The position numbers and the translations under genes were made by a program. 64,000 bases of DNA from Eledone cirrhosa (lineage: Eukaryota): positions 57,226,001 to 57,290,000 of the forward strand of contig OZ024745.1 in NCBI GenBank assembly GCA_964016885.1. The letters are read 5' to 3'. The notes beneath the pieces are model-generated. The model searched no databases. It saw only the letters and a program-made list of their open reading frames with translations, and was not told the DNA's origin. Below, piece by piece: positions 1 to 14,382 of the stretch; positions within the stretch are counted from its first letter, which is position 1; each line of letters begins with the position of its first letter.

Positions 1-741
1 TATTAAATATGTATGCATTCATTCACACCTCTATGCTGGTCATTATGTCTTAATGTGCTATACTTTGTGTCACCTCACACGTGCTGTAATATTTAGTCAC
101 TCGTCGCTTGGTTAGTATAGCTGCTCTTTGTTGATTGTGGCGTTATTTCTGTGTGTGCTCTTCTGTATATCTATTTCTACTTGCTATAATTCTTAATCAT
201 CAATAACTAGGTTGTATGGTTGTTGCTATTTCATTCCTATTTTATTCCCCTGAAGCCCGAGTACTGATTTATAATGTCACTGGTGCAGTAATGAGATTGT
301 CTTGTTTCTGAATGGCACCAGTGCTACTTCCTCTCTTCTTTACCTATACCCAACGTTTCCTCTATACTGGTGGTGTTCCTTCAAAACCGCTTTCAGCAAC
401 GTATGAAATATACAAAATTTCATGTTTAACTCTTTATAAGTGTGTGCTTATCTTTCAAACAAATGGATTGGCAATACGACATTTAAAAAAAGAATAGTTG
501 CCATTAAACGTATAATATTTGCAATAAAACATATTAGGATATTTGCAGTACACATATATATATATGTCATACATCACATCAGCTAATCTCAATGCACTTA
601 CATTTTTAACAGCATTTACATTCTATAGGGATACAGGCATAAATCGCGCCCCACACACAAGCGCACAAACACACATCAAATATACTAATAGGCAAACACA
701 CCCACACACATGTGCGCGCATATATACATATATATATACAT

Positions 742-782
<41 letters not shown>

Positions 783-796
783 ATATATATATATTA

Positions 797-1780
797 TACA
801 ATAAAGTATGTCCATAGAATCATTTGATAAAATATATACATCACCTCCTCTCACAATCAGCATAATTAACCATACAAAAAAAATCAATTAAACAAAGCTA
901 TAAGATTAAAAGGCACCGATAAAGAAACAATAGATAAATAAACGACAGCTATCTATCCGCGATCAACAGCTAGAGAATATTTACCCACCATTTCTAATAG
1001 CACGTGGAAATCGATTAAATATATCGTCAACCATATATAATTAGGTAAAAAATCAAAGTTAGAAGAAAAAATGTATATAAACATACCAAAATTATGTTTC
1101 TACCCCATGAGGTTTCATTCGCTTTTTGGAAATATCCGATCAAGGATAAATTCACGAGTTTTGAAAATGTCAGTTTTGAAAACGTCAGTTTTGAAAACGT
1201 CAGGAAACAAACTCGCTTGGACGAAGATTTTCCTTAAATGATCCCCGCCAGAAACGAATTCAAAATGGCTAAGAACTGTAACCTGGCAGTGGTCAAGTCA
1301 GAAAGAATGTGATTCGTGTCTTACGGCGAGTGGGCTGGTTGCTAGTAAGCGCTGCCTAAATTGCATGTCAACCATATGGGAGATTATGAAATATAATGAT
1401 TTCCATATACATAAACTAGACAAAGTAATATATATATATGTGTGTGTTTTTGGCAACCAATCACGATGTGGTTCAATGACGATTTATTAATTATATAATC
1501 AACAATCAGAGAAATATACAATAAAGTATGTCCATAGAATCATTTGATAAAATATATACATCACTTCCTTTCCCAATCAGCATAATCAACCATACAAAAA
1601 ACCAATTAAACAAGGGTATAAGATTAAAAGGCACCTATGAAGAAACAATAGATAAATAAGACAGCTATATATCCGCGATCAAGAGCTATAGAATATTTAC
1701 CCATCATATCTAATAGAACGTGGAAATCTGTAAATACTGTTAAAAATGAAAGTGCATTGAGATCAGCTGATGTGATGCCT
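797..1780. repeat. Local duplication: 797-1020 directly repeated at 1517-1735; 569-620 inverted at 1728-1779
   Basis: tacaataaagtatgtccatagaatcatttgataaaatatatacatcac... occurs twice; catcacatcagctaatctcaatgcact vs agtgcattgagatcagctgatgtgatg. Confidence 0.85.
1157..1203 (+). repeat. 15-bp tandem repeat x3
   Basis: (agttttgaaaaYgtc)3. Confidence 0.9.
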
Positions 1781-1891
1781 GACACACACACACACACACA
1801 CACACAGGAAAAATAATAAATTTGAAGACTAGAATCCAAAGAGGGCTCGATAAGGATAAATATATATCAGATATATAAGAACCGTAGAGCA

Positions 1892-3008
1892 AATATTTAT
1901 TAAAATAACAGATTAAAGTGTAAGCAATGAATCGCTGCTTTCACCCTTAACACCTTAATCTTCTGAAACGAAAGTCAATTTGTGAACGCAGAAGTAAATA
2001 TTTCAAAAAACGTTGCAAGCGAAGAAAGACAGGAAGACGATACTTTGGTTCGTGGAGACGTTCCCTGGCAAAGAACGGGGAAAAAACGAAAGATAATACG
2101 TCATTATTTGGTGCGGTGGATTGGCAGTATCGGTAGACGGTCGGACGCCATGCTTTGCAGCAAAGAGTTACGGCCTTTTATGGTCTGTGTTCAAATCCCG
2201 CCAAGGTTAACTTTGCCTTTCATCCTTACGAGGTCGATAAAATAAAGTACCAGTAATAAACTGGATTAATTGCTGGCCTTGTGCCAAATGTAGAAACAAT
2301 TATTTGGTGCGGTGAAAACAATTACACACAAAGACAAAACCACGTTTATGGTATAAATGAAGTCGTAGACTAATATTCTATTAGGTGGTCATGGAGACGT
2401 TCTCTGGCAATGAACGGAAAAAAACGAAGATAATACGTAATTATGTGGAGCAAAGAGAACAATTACACGCAAAGACAAAACCACGTAAATGGTATAACTG
2501 AAGTCTTAAGCTACAATTATATTTAGGATACCGAATGATTATCAGCTTCAGAGTTAAGAATAAAGTAAATAAAATACAGAGGTAATTAAAATTAAATATA
2601 TACATACACGCATCCATATACGTACAAACACAAGCATACGCGAAAACACTCGCCATGAGTATGCAAATAAAAGCACGTACGAACAAAACACAAAAAACAC
2701 GCACATACAGGACCCACGCAACGCCTGTACCCGCACACATACGAATGTATACACCAAATACACATACAAATATATATATATAAAAACATATATACATATA
2801 CATGGAATTATAGTCCTTTTTTCCCGTTCTTTGCCAGGGAACGTTTCCACGGACCAAAGTATCGTCTTGCTGTCCTCCTTCAGTTGCAACGTTTTTTGAA
2901 ATATTCACTTCTGCGTTCACAGATTGACTTTGTAGGTTTCAGAGGATTCCGTAAGGGTGAAAGCAGCGATTCTTTGCTTAAACTTTAATCTGTTATTTTA
3001 ATAAATAT
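1892..3008. mobile_element. Fold-back element with ~190-bp terminal inverted arms, interrupted by a SINE
   Basis: 1892-2085 is the diverged reverse complement of 2817-3008; internal partial duplication at 2390-2520. Confidence 0.7.
2118..2303 (+). mobile_element. tRNA-derived SINE with 16-bp target-site duplication
   Basis: B-box gttcaaatcc, core actttgcctttcatccttacgaggtcgataaaataaagtacc; attatttggtgcggtg at 2103-2118 and 2299-2314. Confidence 0.85.
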
Positions 3009-3095
3009 ATATATATATATATATAATCAAGATTTAGCAAATAGAGAAAATGATTTAAAATAAATTTTTAAAAGTTTACTGTACCTACTATATTT

Positions 3096-3180
3096 ACCCT
3101 TACCGCGCGGTTTCAAGTCTCAAAATAAATGGATAATTCATGCGGAAATCCATTGAGAAGAAGACTTTTGTCAGAGGGTT
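3096..3180 (-). ncRNA. Type I hammerhead ribozyme, long stem II, G8 mutated
   Basis: minus strand: accct-CTGACAA-aagtct...agactt-GAAA-ccgcgcgg-TA-agggt. Confidence 0.7.
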
Positions 3181-3268
3181 CTTTTCACTCGAACTGGCGC
3201 CATACAGAACTGTTCCCGGATGAGAGTGTATGAGGAAGAAACAATCTTGTCTAGTGCCGTGTGTAAAG

Positions 3269-3301
<33 letters not shown>

Positions 3302-3403
3302 GGCCTGCCCGCCCAGCCAGTGGGATGGCGTCATCATATGGCTAAAACAGCACGTGCTGTTACCAGCGGCCCCGGATGGCGCCCGACAGACTGGTCGGTC
3401 AAG

Positions 3404-3438
<35 letters not shown>

Positions 3439-3439
<1 letters not shown>

Positions 3440-3620
3440 ATTGTTTCTACTTTAGGCACAAGGCCAGCAAATACCCAGTGCATTACTGGTACTTTATTTT
3501 ATCGACCCCGTAAGGATGAAAGGCAAAGTCAACCTCGGCGGGATTTGAACTCAGATCGTAAAGGGACGTAACTATGCTGGAAAGCATGGCGTCCGACCCT
3601 CTACCGATACTGCCAATCCA
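3439..3620 (-). mobile_element. tRNA-derived SINE (same family as 2118)
   Basis: tttatcgaccccgtaaggatgaaaggcaaagtcaacctcggcgggatttgaactcag; nearly identical to 37604-37782. Confidence 0.9.
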
Positions 3621-4171
3621 TATAATAATTAAAAAAATAATGAGTATTGCTACGATATTCACATCATTTTAATGGCGATTTTACTTTAATAATGTAATTG
3701 TTGGTGTTTTTATAGATTATTCGAATTAAATTTATCTAAATAAACGATAATTTGGGAAATGTTCAAAAGGGTTGAAAAAACGATGATTTTAGCTAAAATT
3801 CATATAATGTATGAACTTTAAAATTAAACAAAATATTATGTAATTATGAAAATACACTGTAAAAAATGAAAGCCATTATGATGAAGCTCTAAAATGTATA
3901 TGTTGAAGTATGTGTAAATTGATAAAGAAGAACATAATCTATTAGAAATATTTGCAGCATTATATTGGTATTGATTTAGGTATAATCTGTACGGTTTCCC
4001 TTACTAACTTAATGACATTCTGATGGTATAATGTTTTGCAATGATTAATGTGACATAATATATCAATATTGAGTGAAATACACACCGACACACATAGACA
4101 CGTACGCACTAAGGCACATATACATACATACTTACACAGACTCAGAGACACCACACAAACACACACACACA

Positions 4172-4254
<83 letters not shown>

Positions 4255-4389
4255 TACATATACACACACTCATTTATATATATAAACTAAGTGTGGTGTC
4301 GTAAATCGAGTTGGGATGCGAATCTATTAGAATTTATAGAACGTTCTATAAATATAGTTAAATACGTATAAACACATCTTTCTCTCTCT

Positions 4390-4528
<139 letters not shown>

Positions 4529-4649
4529 CTGTATATATATAATGAGATACTACTGCTACGATATTCATAGTTCATGTGTAAGTCACTGAAAACACATTTC
4601 TGTCAGCTGATTTGGTACTATATCATTATGGCAAAGCGTTATCAAAGCG

Positions 4650-7135
4650 AACGTGTGTCTTTTGATTATTAGACAAGTAGATATTGTAGAACTCATTGCA
4701 CTTGATCACTAGTGTACGTAACTCATGATATCTCGTGTAAATATGTTCAATTGTGTCTAATTTATGACTGAATAACCAACATTTGTGAACATGGACTGGT
4801 GTGAATCTCAATAACTCTTCCACTTCAATATATGTGGAGATAAGGGATGGAGGAGTAGGTTTTGCTGTCCGGATAGGGATCACAAAGAGGCTGGAGAAAT
4901 CACAAGGCATTAGTCATAAAATGATGCCTGTAAGAATTCTTCTTTCAAGAGAACGTTTCCCGACTAGGCGGTCATCTCAGTGTATGCGACTATCTTGCAT
5001 AGTAGCCAGTTATCAATCATGGCTTTTTAGCAAGATTTACGAGAGTGTATAATATCGATTCCACATTCGGACAAGATCTAGCATCATGAAGATCTTGATG
5101 CATGTGTGATAAAGGTAACGTCATCTAGAGTGTTTTACGGCGTCACGACATGGCCAAGATCAACGCCAATGGTCTTACGATATTGCAATTGTGAACTGTG
5201 TTGTAGCTGGCCGTATGAAATATTTTGTTTCGGCAAAAGGAGATCCACAATGCAATATAGATACACCCGAGATCGAAACTTGGACACGTCTCGGATTATA
5301 TCATTACCAGGAAGAGAGACCTCTACTATAATAGTAATGTGCGTGGCAAGGTGGAGGGGCAGATCAGAGGAAACTTGAAGGCAGCAAGGGTTCAAGTGCC
5401 AAAAACGTATCAATGTGTGCAAACGCCAAAGTGTAGAAATGCGATATAGTCTTCAAAATACACTTGACAACGTCGTCTTTGATGGAACTTGCAAACAGTT
5501 TAAAACAAAGATTTATTTTGTTGGTGCTGATGTATTTGGTCTTCAGAAAACAAAACACAGAGACTGATATGATGACAATGATGCGGTAATCAACATGCTC
5601 ATTGAAGAGACTAACAAGTTGTATCAGAAGTGTCTTCTGGCAGAGGGTCTAATGAGGCCCACCTTTGACAAAGCCATCAAAGAAGCAAAATCAAAACTGC
5701 AAAATAAAACACGAAATATAAGAACAACGGGTGGTCTCAAGTTTCAGCAGAGATACATAGGATTTATAACTGCAGAGATTTGAAGGCATTACACAGCACA
5801 AGGTACGTTTTTGGTACACAGTCGTCAAAGATGGCACCATTGAGGTCAAAAGATAGGAAAGTCTTCATGAAAGATCCAGCATGTCGCATGAGGTGGAACA
5901 CTGAACACGTTAAAGATTTGTTTACCTAACCATATATTATTAATAGACTGACTCAAAGGGAGACTGTAGCAGAGATGACGAATTATCTGAACTCTGAGGA
6001 TATAATATCTACTATAAAACATAGAAGCCCCAGGTTTGGATGGAATAGCTGTTTAGCTGATTTGATTTGGAGGAGACAATGTTACTCTGGTCATTCATGA
6101 GCTCCCCTTATATTTATGGCGTGGTGAGCCTATCCCACAAGACAGGATCGACGCAGTTTTGCACGCGATTTACAAGGGCAAGGGCTCCAAGTCAGAATGC
6201 GGTGATTATCCTGTTATAAGCCTGCTCCCATCGGTAAGAAAAGTCTTATCTAAGACCTTGCCGAATCGTCTTATGAAATGGTTCTATCCTGTGTGGATTC
6301 AAAGCTGTGCGGGTTACTATGGACATTTTGGAATCAGCCCATCCGCTTATGGAGAAGTGTGTTCAGTAGCAAATACCACTATGCCAACTATTTTTGGACC
6401 AAACCAAAGCCTTTGATACTGTTAATCATAGTGTATTCTGTGTTATATTGAGGAAACCTGGTTGTCCTCATGAATTTGTTGGAAAATACAGAAAACTCCA
6501 CCAAGATATGAAAACAAACGTGATATTCCATGGGACACTTTAAGACCCAATTTCAGGGGTAAGTGGTGTCAAGTATGGCGACATACCTGCACCAATTCTG
6601 TTATTCATTTACTTTGCCTTGCTGCTGATATGTACATTCCAAGACTTCGAAATCGGTGTATAGTTATGAATTAGATCTTCTGGTAAAGTATTTATTCTAG
6701 GACGGTTTAACACCAAGTTCAAAACTTTTGACACTCTTGTTAGGGAGTTCCTATATACTGATGATGCAGATTTGGTAGCTCACACAGTAGAGGACATGCA
6801 GTTAATATGGGACACATTTTCCAATGCATGCACTATGTCTGGGCTAAATATTAGCATAAAAAAAACAAAGTTCATGTACATTCCATCAGTTGGGAAAGTA
6901 TATGTGGAGCCAGACTTGTTTGTGAGAGGAATGTTTCTTGAGGTATTGGACAGCTTTCCAACTTAGTGGTACTGATACCCTGGATGCTGAAATATATCAC
7001 AGAATTGCGAAGGCGAAGCTTTCCTTCGGGAATCTTCAGAATCGAGTCTGATCAAATCAAGGTCTCACGAGACTCACAAATCTCTCTATGTATGAGGCCT
7101 GTGTTCTTAAAGCCCTGCTATACTGATGCGAAATG
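4650..7135 (+). pseudogene. Decayed RTE-like LINE (APE endonuclease + RT)
   Basis: GVGFAV (4855), APGLDGI (6025), IYKGKGSKSECGDYPVISLL, SGVK.G (6562), LYTDDADLVAH (6751), GLNISIKKTK; many stops and frameshifts. Confidence 0.85.
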
Positions 7136-7160
7136 TGGACACACACACACACACGCGCAG

Positions 7161-7228
<68 letters not shown>

Positions 7229-7468
7229 CTCTCACTCTCCCCCTCTCTCTCTCTCGCTATATATATATGTGTGTGTGTGTGTGTAGTTGACAAACGAGAG
7301 AAAACAATTCTCTATACCGAAATACAGTTTCAATATGTAATCAATATGGTTAGGTAATCAGTCTTGTTACTCAAAAGTTTCACCTGCCCTCTCACTTGTC
7401 TTGTTTGAACATCCTGTGAGTGCGCGCGTGAACCCGGATAAAAAGTCCCAACAGTTAGCCACAATGAA

Positions 7469-7516
<48 letters not shown>

Positions 7517-7523
<7 letters not shown>

Positions 7524-7728
7524 AATTAGTACATCTACCAACATATATATACAGATGCATACCTATGCTAGCATATATATAGGTTTTGTCTTAGTAACTT
7601 TGTGGTTCGATGCAAGGGGATGCATCCCCTTGCATCGAACCACAAAGTTACTAAGACAAAACCTATATATATGCTAGCATAGGTATGGATCTGTATATAT
7701 ATGTTGGTAGATGTACTAATTCTTTATA
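7517..7728. repeat. Near-perfect spacerless palindrome (~106-bp arms)
   Basis: centre ...gcaaggggatg|catccccttgc... at 7622/7623; one mismatch seen. Confidence 0.95.
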
Positions 7729-8132
7729 ATTATCTCCAAATTATTTTGTTGAGCAAAAATTTGCAAAAACTGCTACTATAGTTCATAGTAATAGTTCGGC
7801 TACTGTCTTCTTAACACCCCACTCATCACTGATTAACCTCGATGTCACGTGATTGATTCTTTTGAATTTGCCACCGACCAAGTAGGCAGTGATTTTTTTC
7901 AATGTCTTGGAATTTAGTTCTCGCTTGCTTTTTTCCATCCACTGAATTACTTTTGTATAAGTTCCCTGTGTCCACGCATCGCCTGGGAACTTAGCTGAGA
8001 ATTGACTTCCAAATGACGAAAGGCATTCTCCATGTTGTTCCATTCGGAAACCATGTTTACTCCCTTTCAGAAACTAATTAGTTGGAGTGAAATTTTAGTA
8101 AGTTAATTTTTATAATTTTCTTATTTTACGTC

Positions 8133-8164
<32 letters not shown>

Positions 8165-8168
<4 letters not shown>

Positions 8169-8580
8169 AATAAGTCAAATGTTTAAAATTTGGCTTCGTT
8201 TATTACTGCTATATATATTTTGGTGACACCCATCTTTAGCTGTGACCTCTTCAGGCAATCCGAATTAGTGTAGTAGAGACGAGTACACATGTTGTTGAGG
8301 TGATTAACTTTGTAAATACTCTGATATACCCAGTTCATGGTTGGGTTGTTGTTTCACTGAGGAACTGGAATCATATGATTCCAGTTCCTCAGTGAAACAA
8401 CAACCCAACCATGAACTGGGTATATCAGAGTATTTACAAAGTTATACACCTCAACAACATGTGTACTCGTCTCTACTACACTAATTCGGACTGAAGAGGT
8501 CACAGCTAAAGATGGCTGTCACCGAAATATATATAGCAGTAATAAACGAAGCGAAATTTTAAACATTTGACTTATTTATT
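8165..8580. mobile_element. Spacerless fold-back PLE pLTR with an HHR in each arm
   Basis: centre gaatcat|atgattc at 8374/8375; HHR + at 8491-8540 (CTGAAGA-ggtcacagc...gctgtcacc-GAAA-tatat-ATA-gcagt), HHR - at 8205-8259. Confidence 0.85.
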
Positions 8581-8693
8581 TTATTTTATTTTACATTACT
8601 CCGGAGTAACGAAACCAACGTGCGCACTTCGTCGAGTGCTCCAATCTGCAATCTGAGGTGTTGGTATACAATCAACATATACTCAATATATAT

Positions 8694-8898
8694 ATAGGAA
8701 AATGTATAACCCCGACGGCAGAGCGCAAGCCGTTTCGACTCTTATTTCTAAACTCTGAGTCTAGAAATAGCCGTGGGAAACGGCTTGAGCTCTGTCGTCG
8801 GGATTATACATTTTCCTATTACCCACTCTACAACCCTAAATATTGAGTACTCTGGTACGTTATGGTCCAACTGGTTCCTTACCACACTTCCTTCGTTA
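8694..8898 (+). mobile_element. Mini fold-back pLTR (family H) with 3' half of an HHR and a tail
   Basis: GAAAcggcttgagctctgtcGTCggg mirrored by ccccgacggcagagcgcaagccgtttc; tail acccactctacaaccctaaatattgagtact...ccttcgtt shared with 21210 and 23610. Confidence 0.7.
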
Positions 8899-8900
8899 TA

Positions 8901-8961
<61 letters not shown>

Positions 8962-9131
8962 CTTCAGAAAACGCGGATGATTTGCCGGTCGCTATCTTAA
9001 ATTTGCAAAGCAAAGTCCTTTAAACTGTATGTTATTACTCTGAGGTATATACCTTGACGAGTGCTTGGCTGCACTGCTGAAAGCATTCGTCGGCTTATAT
9101 GTGGCTCGAGCTTCCAATATGCTGTACTTTC

Positions 9132-9171
<40 letters not shown>

Positions 9172-9534
9172 GGGGGGGGGGGGGGGTATGTATATATATA
9201 TATATATACATACATAAATATATATATATATATATATATATAGTCTGAATCATGTATAATGTACTCTTAACTTGTTCGCACATATATATCAGATTGGGAC
9301 AAACGTTTGTGGCCCTGTAATATTAGAAAGAAGCAAAGTGAAATGGATTAAATCGTTTCGTGACATTTTAGTCTACCTTACACGCGAATTGGATACAGAT
9401 GTAGTCAATTTAATTCAAAGTGATACTTACGTTAATTAATTTTTTTTTCTGGTAGTAAATGATTTTAATGTTTCCCCTTCAAACAACTTAGAGATATATC
9501 AGATGACAGAATGTTATTTAACTAATGTATTGGT

Positions 9535-9700
9535 ACACGATGGGGCACAACCACAGCCCCGGCGGACAGAATGGAGAAGGCGTTTCCCCGGAGGACGGCA
9601 ATGGAGACGCGCTGGAAAAGCCACTCCAACTCGCGGGGCTCACACCTGGGGCTGGCCAGCTCGGCGCCTAAGAGTGACGTCTTGCGAAGTGACTAAAAGG
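9535..9700 (-). pseudogene. 3' end fragment of a CRE-like (RLE-type) non-LTR retrotransposon
   Basis: minus frame reads LGAELASPRCEPRELEWLFQRVSIAVLRGNAFSILSAG, matching the QR(I/V)SIA..RGNA C-terminal motif. Confidence 0.75.
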
Positions 9701-10196
9701 AAAGTAATAGTCGACAAGTAATAAAATCAAATGGAAAACTGAAGATATTACTCACTGAAAAATTTAAGCATTCATTATTGACGTGTTCTTTATTAATTCT
9801 ACACAAAGTGTATTGCGTTATGTTCAATGAATATGAACAATTCGATAAATTGTATACATTTCATGTAAATATCAAATGCCTGAGAGCATCTGAATAGCAT
9901 TTATAAAGATCAAGTTCGTTTTTTAATTAACAAATGAAAAAGAATGTACTTTAATCAATTGAATATCTACACATGCCTAATTAACTGTTTTCAGTCAAAC
10001 TGAGTCTCATTATTAATTAGATGAACTGTAAAACGCTTAGTTAAATGTCAAAACGTAATAGCGTCAACATACTTACATATTTACACATACCTAAACATGT
10101 CTAAATATATTCAAATATATATCTGTGTGTTTGTGTGCGTGTCTGTTTGTGTGTGTGTGCGTGTGTGTTTCTGTGTGTGTATGTGTGTGTGTGTAC

Positions 10197-10278
<82 letters not shown>

Positions 10279-11841
10279 AAGAAGGTGAGTTGGGGACAAA
10301 ACAAGCTTGCTCCTCACAGACGAGACCGATGCCATCAAAACGTTTTCTGAGAATTATGAAGACGTGTATAATCACAAAATGAAACATGCCATCTACAGTC
10401 AGGAAAATTCTACCAATGAGAAGAAGAGGAACATGAAGTGACGGTGCACATGCACAAATATTGAAAATCTCCTATGTGATGTCGATAACAGCTCCTAAAT
10501 CATTGCGGGTCAAATCTCATCAAGGTACTAACCGTTACCCGTTATAAGATCTGGGAAACAAACTGGGGATCAACTGAGTGGAAACGTAAGATTTTGCCAG
10601 AATTACACAACAATCACCCTAAATACCCATCCCAACAAAATACTACAAGTAGTTCTTCAAAACAGACTTAATGGAAAAGTACACGAAACAGACTCAAGGA
10701 CAGGCACGATTCAAGCCCAAAAGAAGTAAAGCGAATCAAACCATTAACATGAGACTGCCAACCAAAAATATCTGCGACACTAACTCGACGTCTAACATAG
10801 CTTCTTCGACTTCAATCAATTACAATTTCCTCATTACATCTCACAGCATATATTTGTGTAATTCTTCTCGATAATGAGTAAAGTTTCTATAAGTCATTTA
10901 GTCATTTCTTTTCACTAAGCAATTTTCGTTATTCTCTTCTTCCGTGTATACACCTGTACTCCAACAGATACAAACCCCCCTCAACCACACACGACCAGAT
11001 AATTATCACACAACAAATCAGTCCACCTTCTTTATATTCGCTTTACATGAATTATAAGTGTGCAGCGAAAACACTGAGAGAAGACAGGACTCTCATAAAT
11101 AGCGAAGCTTCAAGCAAGCAACTGAGCATGAATAAATAATAATGATAGTAACTCGTAACCATCGCCAAATTTCTTTTAATATATATCATCTCTCTCTCTC
11201 TCTCTGGAAACGAGGCAGATACGTGCATACGAACACACATACTTTTCATACATACATACTTACATACAGGCATACATATATATTTTGGTATTTATATGCG
11301 TGTGTTTCATGACAAACAACCATACCTAAATTGTGTTCAGTAAATATGTCCGAATTAAACCTATATGGCCTTTTTCTGTGAATTTTTCATTTTCTTAAAT
11401 CTAGATTATATCTATGATTTCCAATATACGTTGGTATGAGTAAAATAAAATATTACTTACACTCTCATAAATAACGTACAAAAGGCAATTCAAATTAGAA
11501 TATATAGCAATTGTTACGTGTAGCGATGTTTCTTTTATATATATCTGGTGCATTGCACAATTTTTTCCAGAAAGTTTAATGTGAGTAAGAATGAAATTCT
11601 TTACTTCTACAACATATGATGTGAAATGATAAATCTAAGATTATTTTACATTTTACACATTTGGATTACTGCTGCTTTCAAGAATTTTATTCTGAGAAAC
11701 AGCTAAATAAATGTGTTCATCAATCGTGAGGCTATATATAGACTTTCAAGGACACCAAATCTAACGTGCTTCGAAGAACATATAGTTGATGAAAGTACAA
11801 TAGAAAAACAATGGACAGTCCCGTTTACTCACACACACGCG

Positions 11842-11944
<103 letters not shown>

Positions 11945-11967
11945 ATATATTTATACATTCATTTCAT

Positions 11968-12040
11968 TTATACTGCATCTTGTTACACTGGAGTTTTGCC
12001 TGATTCTATGACGATGAGGCGAAACTCCAGAGTAAGATAA
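11968..12040 (+). mobile_element. Tiny fold-back HHR remnant
   Basis: ttacactggagttttgcc ... gatgaggcGAAActccagaGTAagat. Confidence 0.45.
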
Positions 12041-12129
12041 TACCCCATTGGCCAACCCCTGAAGTATAAGGAACAAGGTTCAAACCAAAATCTATCTCTT
12101 TCGTTGTGAATCATCCGAGGTTTACCTGT

Positions 12130-13200
12130 ATTATAAAAGGCGAGCAGGAACACAAGTAAGACTAGAGTGAAGTATTGTTGATACTAATAATATTTCTCGC
12201 TTATGGCGATCTGACATTGAGGGTCAGTGAAGATATTAAAGAAACCAAACACAATGGAATTTATTTTAGAAACTGTGCATCTTATTGCAACATTTGAATC
12301 ATTTTTGATGAATAACCCGAAAGCAATTGACAACCTTGAAATTTGAAATTTTAATCAATATTACTTATCACCAACAATCCAAGAAGAAGATATTTATTCT
12401 ATTGATGGCAAAATATGATAAGAATAATATCTAGATTTTAAATCTTGTACGGTTTAACAGAAGAAAGAATTACAATGAGTTGAATTTAATTTCAATGGAT
12501 AGTTGTATCTAACTGTTCCTAGGGAACATTTCTGAAATCGCTTCCGGTTACGTATGAATAGCTGCAACTGAAAGCCAAATTATTCAGAGAGACCACCATA
12601 TATAAACAATTAGATAAAGCAAATTTATGATATAAATCAATCATAAGTCTCAGAGGAAATTGTCCTTTCTTCATGAGAAAAACTCAGATCCGGCGTTTTT
12701 TATGACACAAGGTTATTTTAAATTAGTTGTCTATTGTCTTACAAAAATGCAAATTAATTTACGAATAAATGTATAAACTGATGCAGAGATAAGAGCCTAA
12801 GCTGAGAAACTTATCACTGCTTTCCACTATTAAATTAGCTATGGAATGATGTATGAAATTTTATTTTTCAGCTATTTCCAGACCGTTTTACGCCTTTACA
12901 GCAAGTAGATTGGGTTCACGATAAATGGCCTGCCGATATTTTCCAAGTGTTGATATAATTATTATAATATAGTTTAGCTTGATACGTCCTGGCTTTCTGA
13001 AGAGAGAACATTTAGCAAATTAACAATCAAGTATTTTTCTCAGAATCATTATTACCGACAAAAGATTCAGAGCTCTGTGCCTACAGGATATTTTGAAGAT
13101 GATGCTGTTTGATGGATCGTTAAAGATACTTCAGAAGCAAAGTAAAAAATGTTTTTTAAGTACTGTAATGATGCAGAGAGTTATAGATAGGCATACATTA
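12130..13200 (+). pseudogene. Decayed hAT transposase (DUF4371/ZMYM1-like)
   Basis: HNG..LETVHLIATFESFL (12250-12310), YLSPTIQEE (12362), DT.W (12981); heavily disrupted. Confidence 0.7.
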
Positions 13201-14343
13201 CTATAATTAAGTTAGATAAATATTTGTCGTCACAGATGCAGTTAATGGTTTCGTTTCCTTTTCGACTAAGCATTTAAAACATTTGCTAAAATATATGTGG
13301 CATCACTGACATTAATTTGTAAGTAGATATTCTTATAAGCATTTGACATTTACATATTATGTATAGATTCAACGCACGTTTCATTACTATGACCGAGTGT
13401 ATTTTGTGCAAATTAGTATCTGGAGATGGAAATTACTGGCCAATGTCTTCCATGGGATACGAACTCACACTTGCTGTATAACTTGTAGCTGTGACCCATT
13501 ACAACAAATGAGCGTAGGAACCTTTAGTAATTGCAGCAATACACGTGGTATACGTGTTCAAATCCAATGGGTGAACATCTCTATTACATTCCGACTTTAG
13601 GGATTCATACATATGCACAAATTATTGAACTATATTGACCGCAAATTTTGATTCATAATCAGTTAACTTAAACACTGCCTCGGTGTCTGCTGAGCAATCT
13701 AACATGATAAACAAATATGAATATTAAATGAAGATGATGGCAATGATGAATCTTAGGACCATTACATCAAATATAGAATATGTGTGTTATAATCGCTCTA
13801 CATTATCTTGTACAAGTGTGATATTTTGTAAAGGGTTACATTTGTTAGGTTTATATGTCCTTCGGGATTAGAGAGATGAAATTTGTTATAATATACTACA
13901 TAAGGAAATCGTTACAGTTACTTCATTTTCTCTCTATGCATTCAAGTCAGAATTTCGAAAATGTACATTTGACACGTATTGTATTTAACATTTACCATGA
14001 ATAGAGCTCTTCTTCAAATTCTAAAAGAATGTACGATTTCTATTGCATATCTATACATTAGTCACCGCTTGTAGCAAACAGATACGTAGAGCCAATCAAC
14101 TGCTCGTCAATCTGTCAGCTCGCATTCCGCTTCAAGCAGCACACCCAGAATGCTTGCACTATAATTATTAAGTCACTAATCATTTATGAAGATTTTACAG
14201 TACCCACTATGAACTAAACGTTTGGAACACATAAATCACAGTGTTATTAAGACGCTATTTAATATCAGTTTGATAAGTTGGCAATGGTCTGAAAAATTTA
14301 AATATAGTTGTGTTTTACATCTAAACGATTTACTCATATTTAA

Positions 14344-14382
<39 letters not shown>

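Noticed and set aside
1157-1203. Short repeats resembling a CRISPR array or iterons (also 14796-14840)
   Set aside because: Head-to-tail with no spacers, eukaryotic context, no cas genes.
2118-2303. tRNA genes at SINE heads
   Set aside because: A/B boxes continue into SINE bodies and no cloverleaf can be formed.
9040-9095. TGACGA...GAAA motif as a hammerhead (also 20970-21045 and 54672-54710)
   Set aside because: Core or stems cannot be assembled convincingly; at most decayed remnants.
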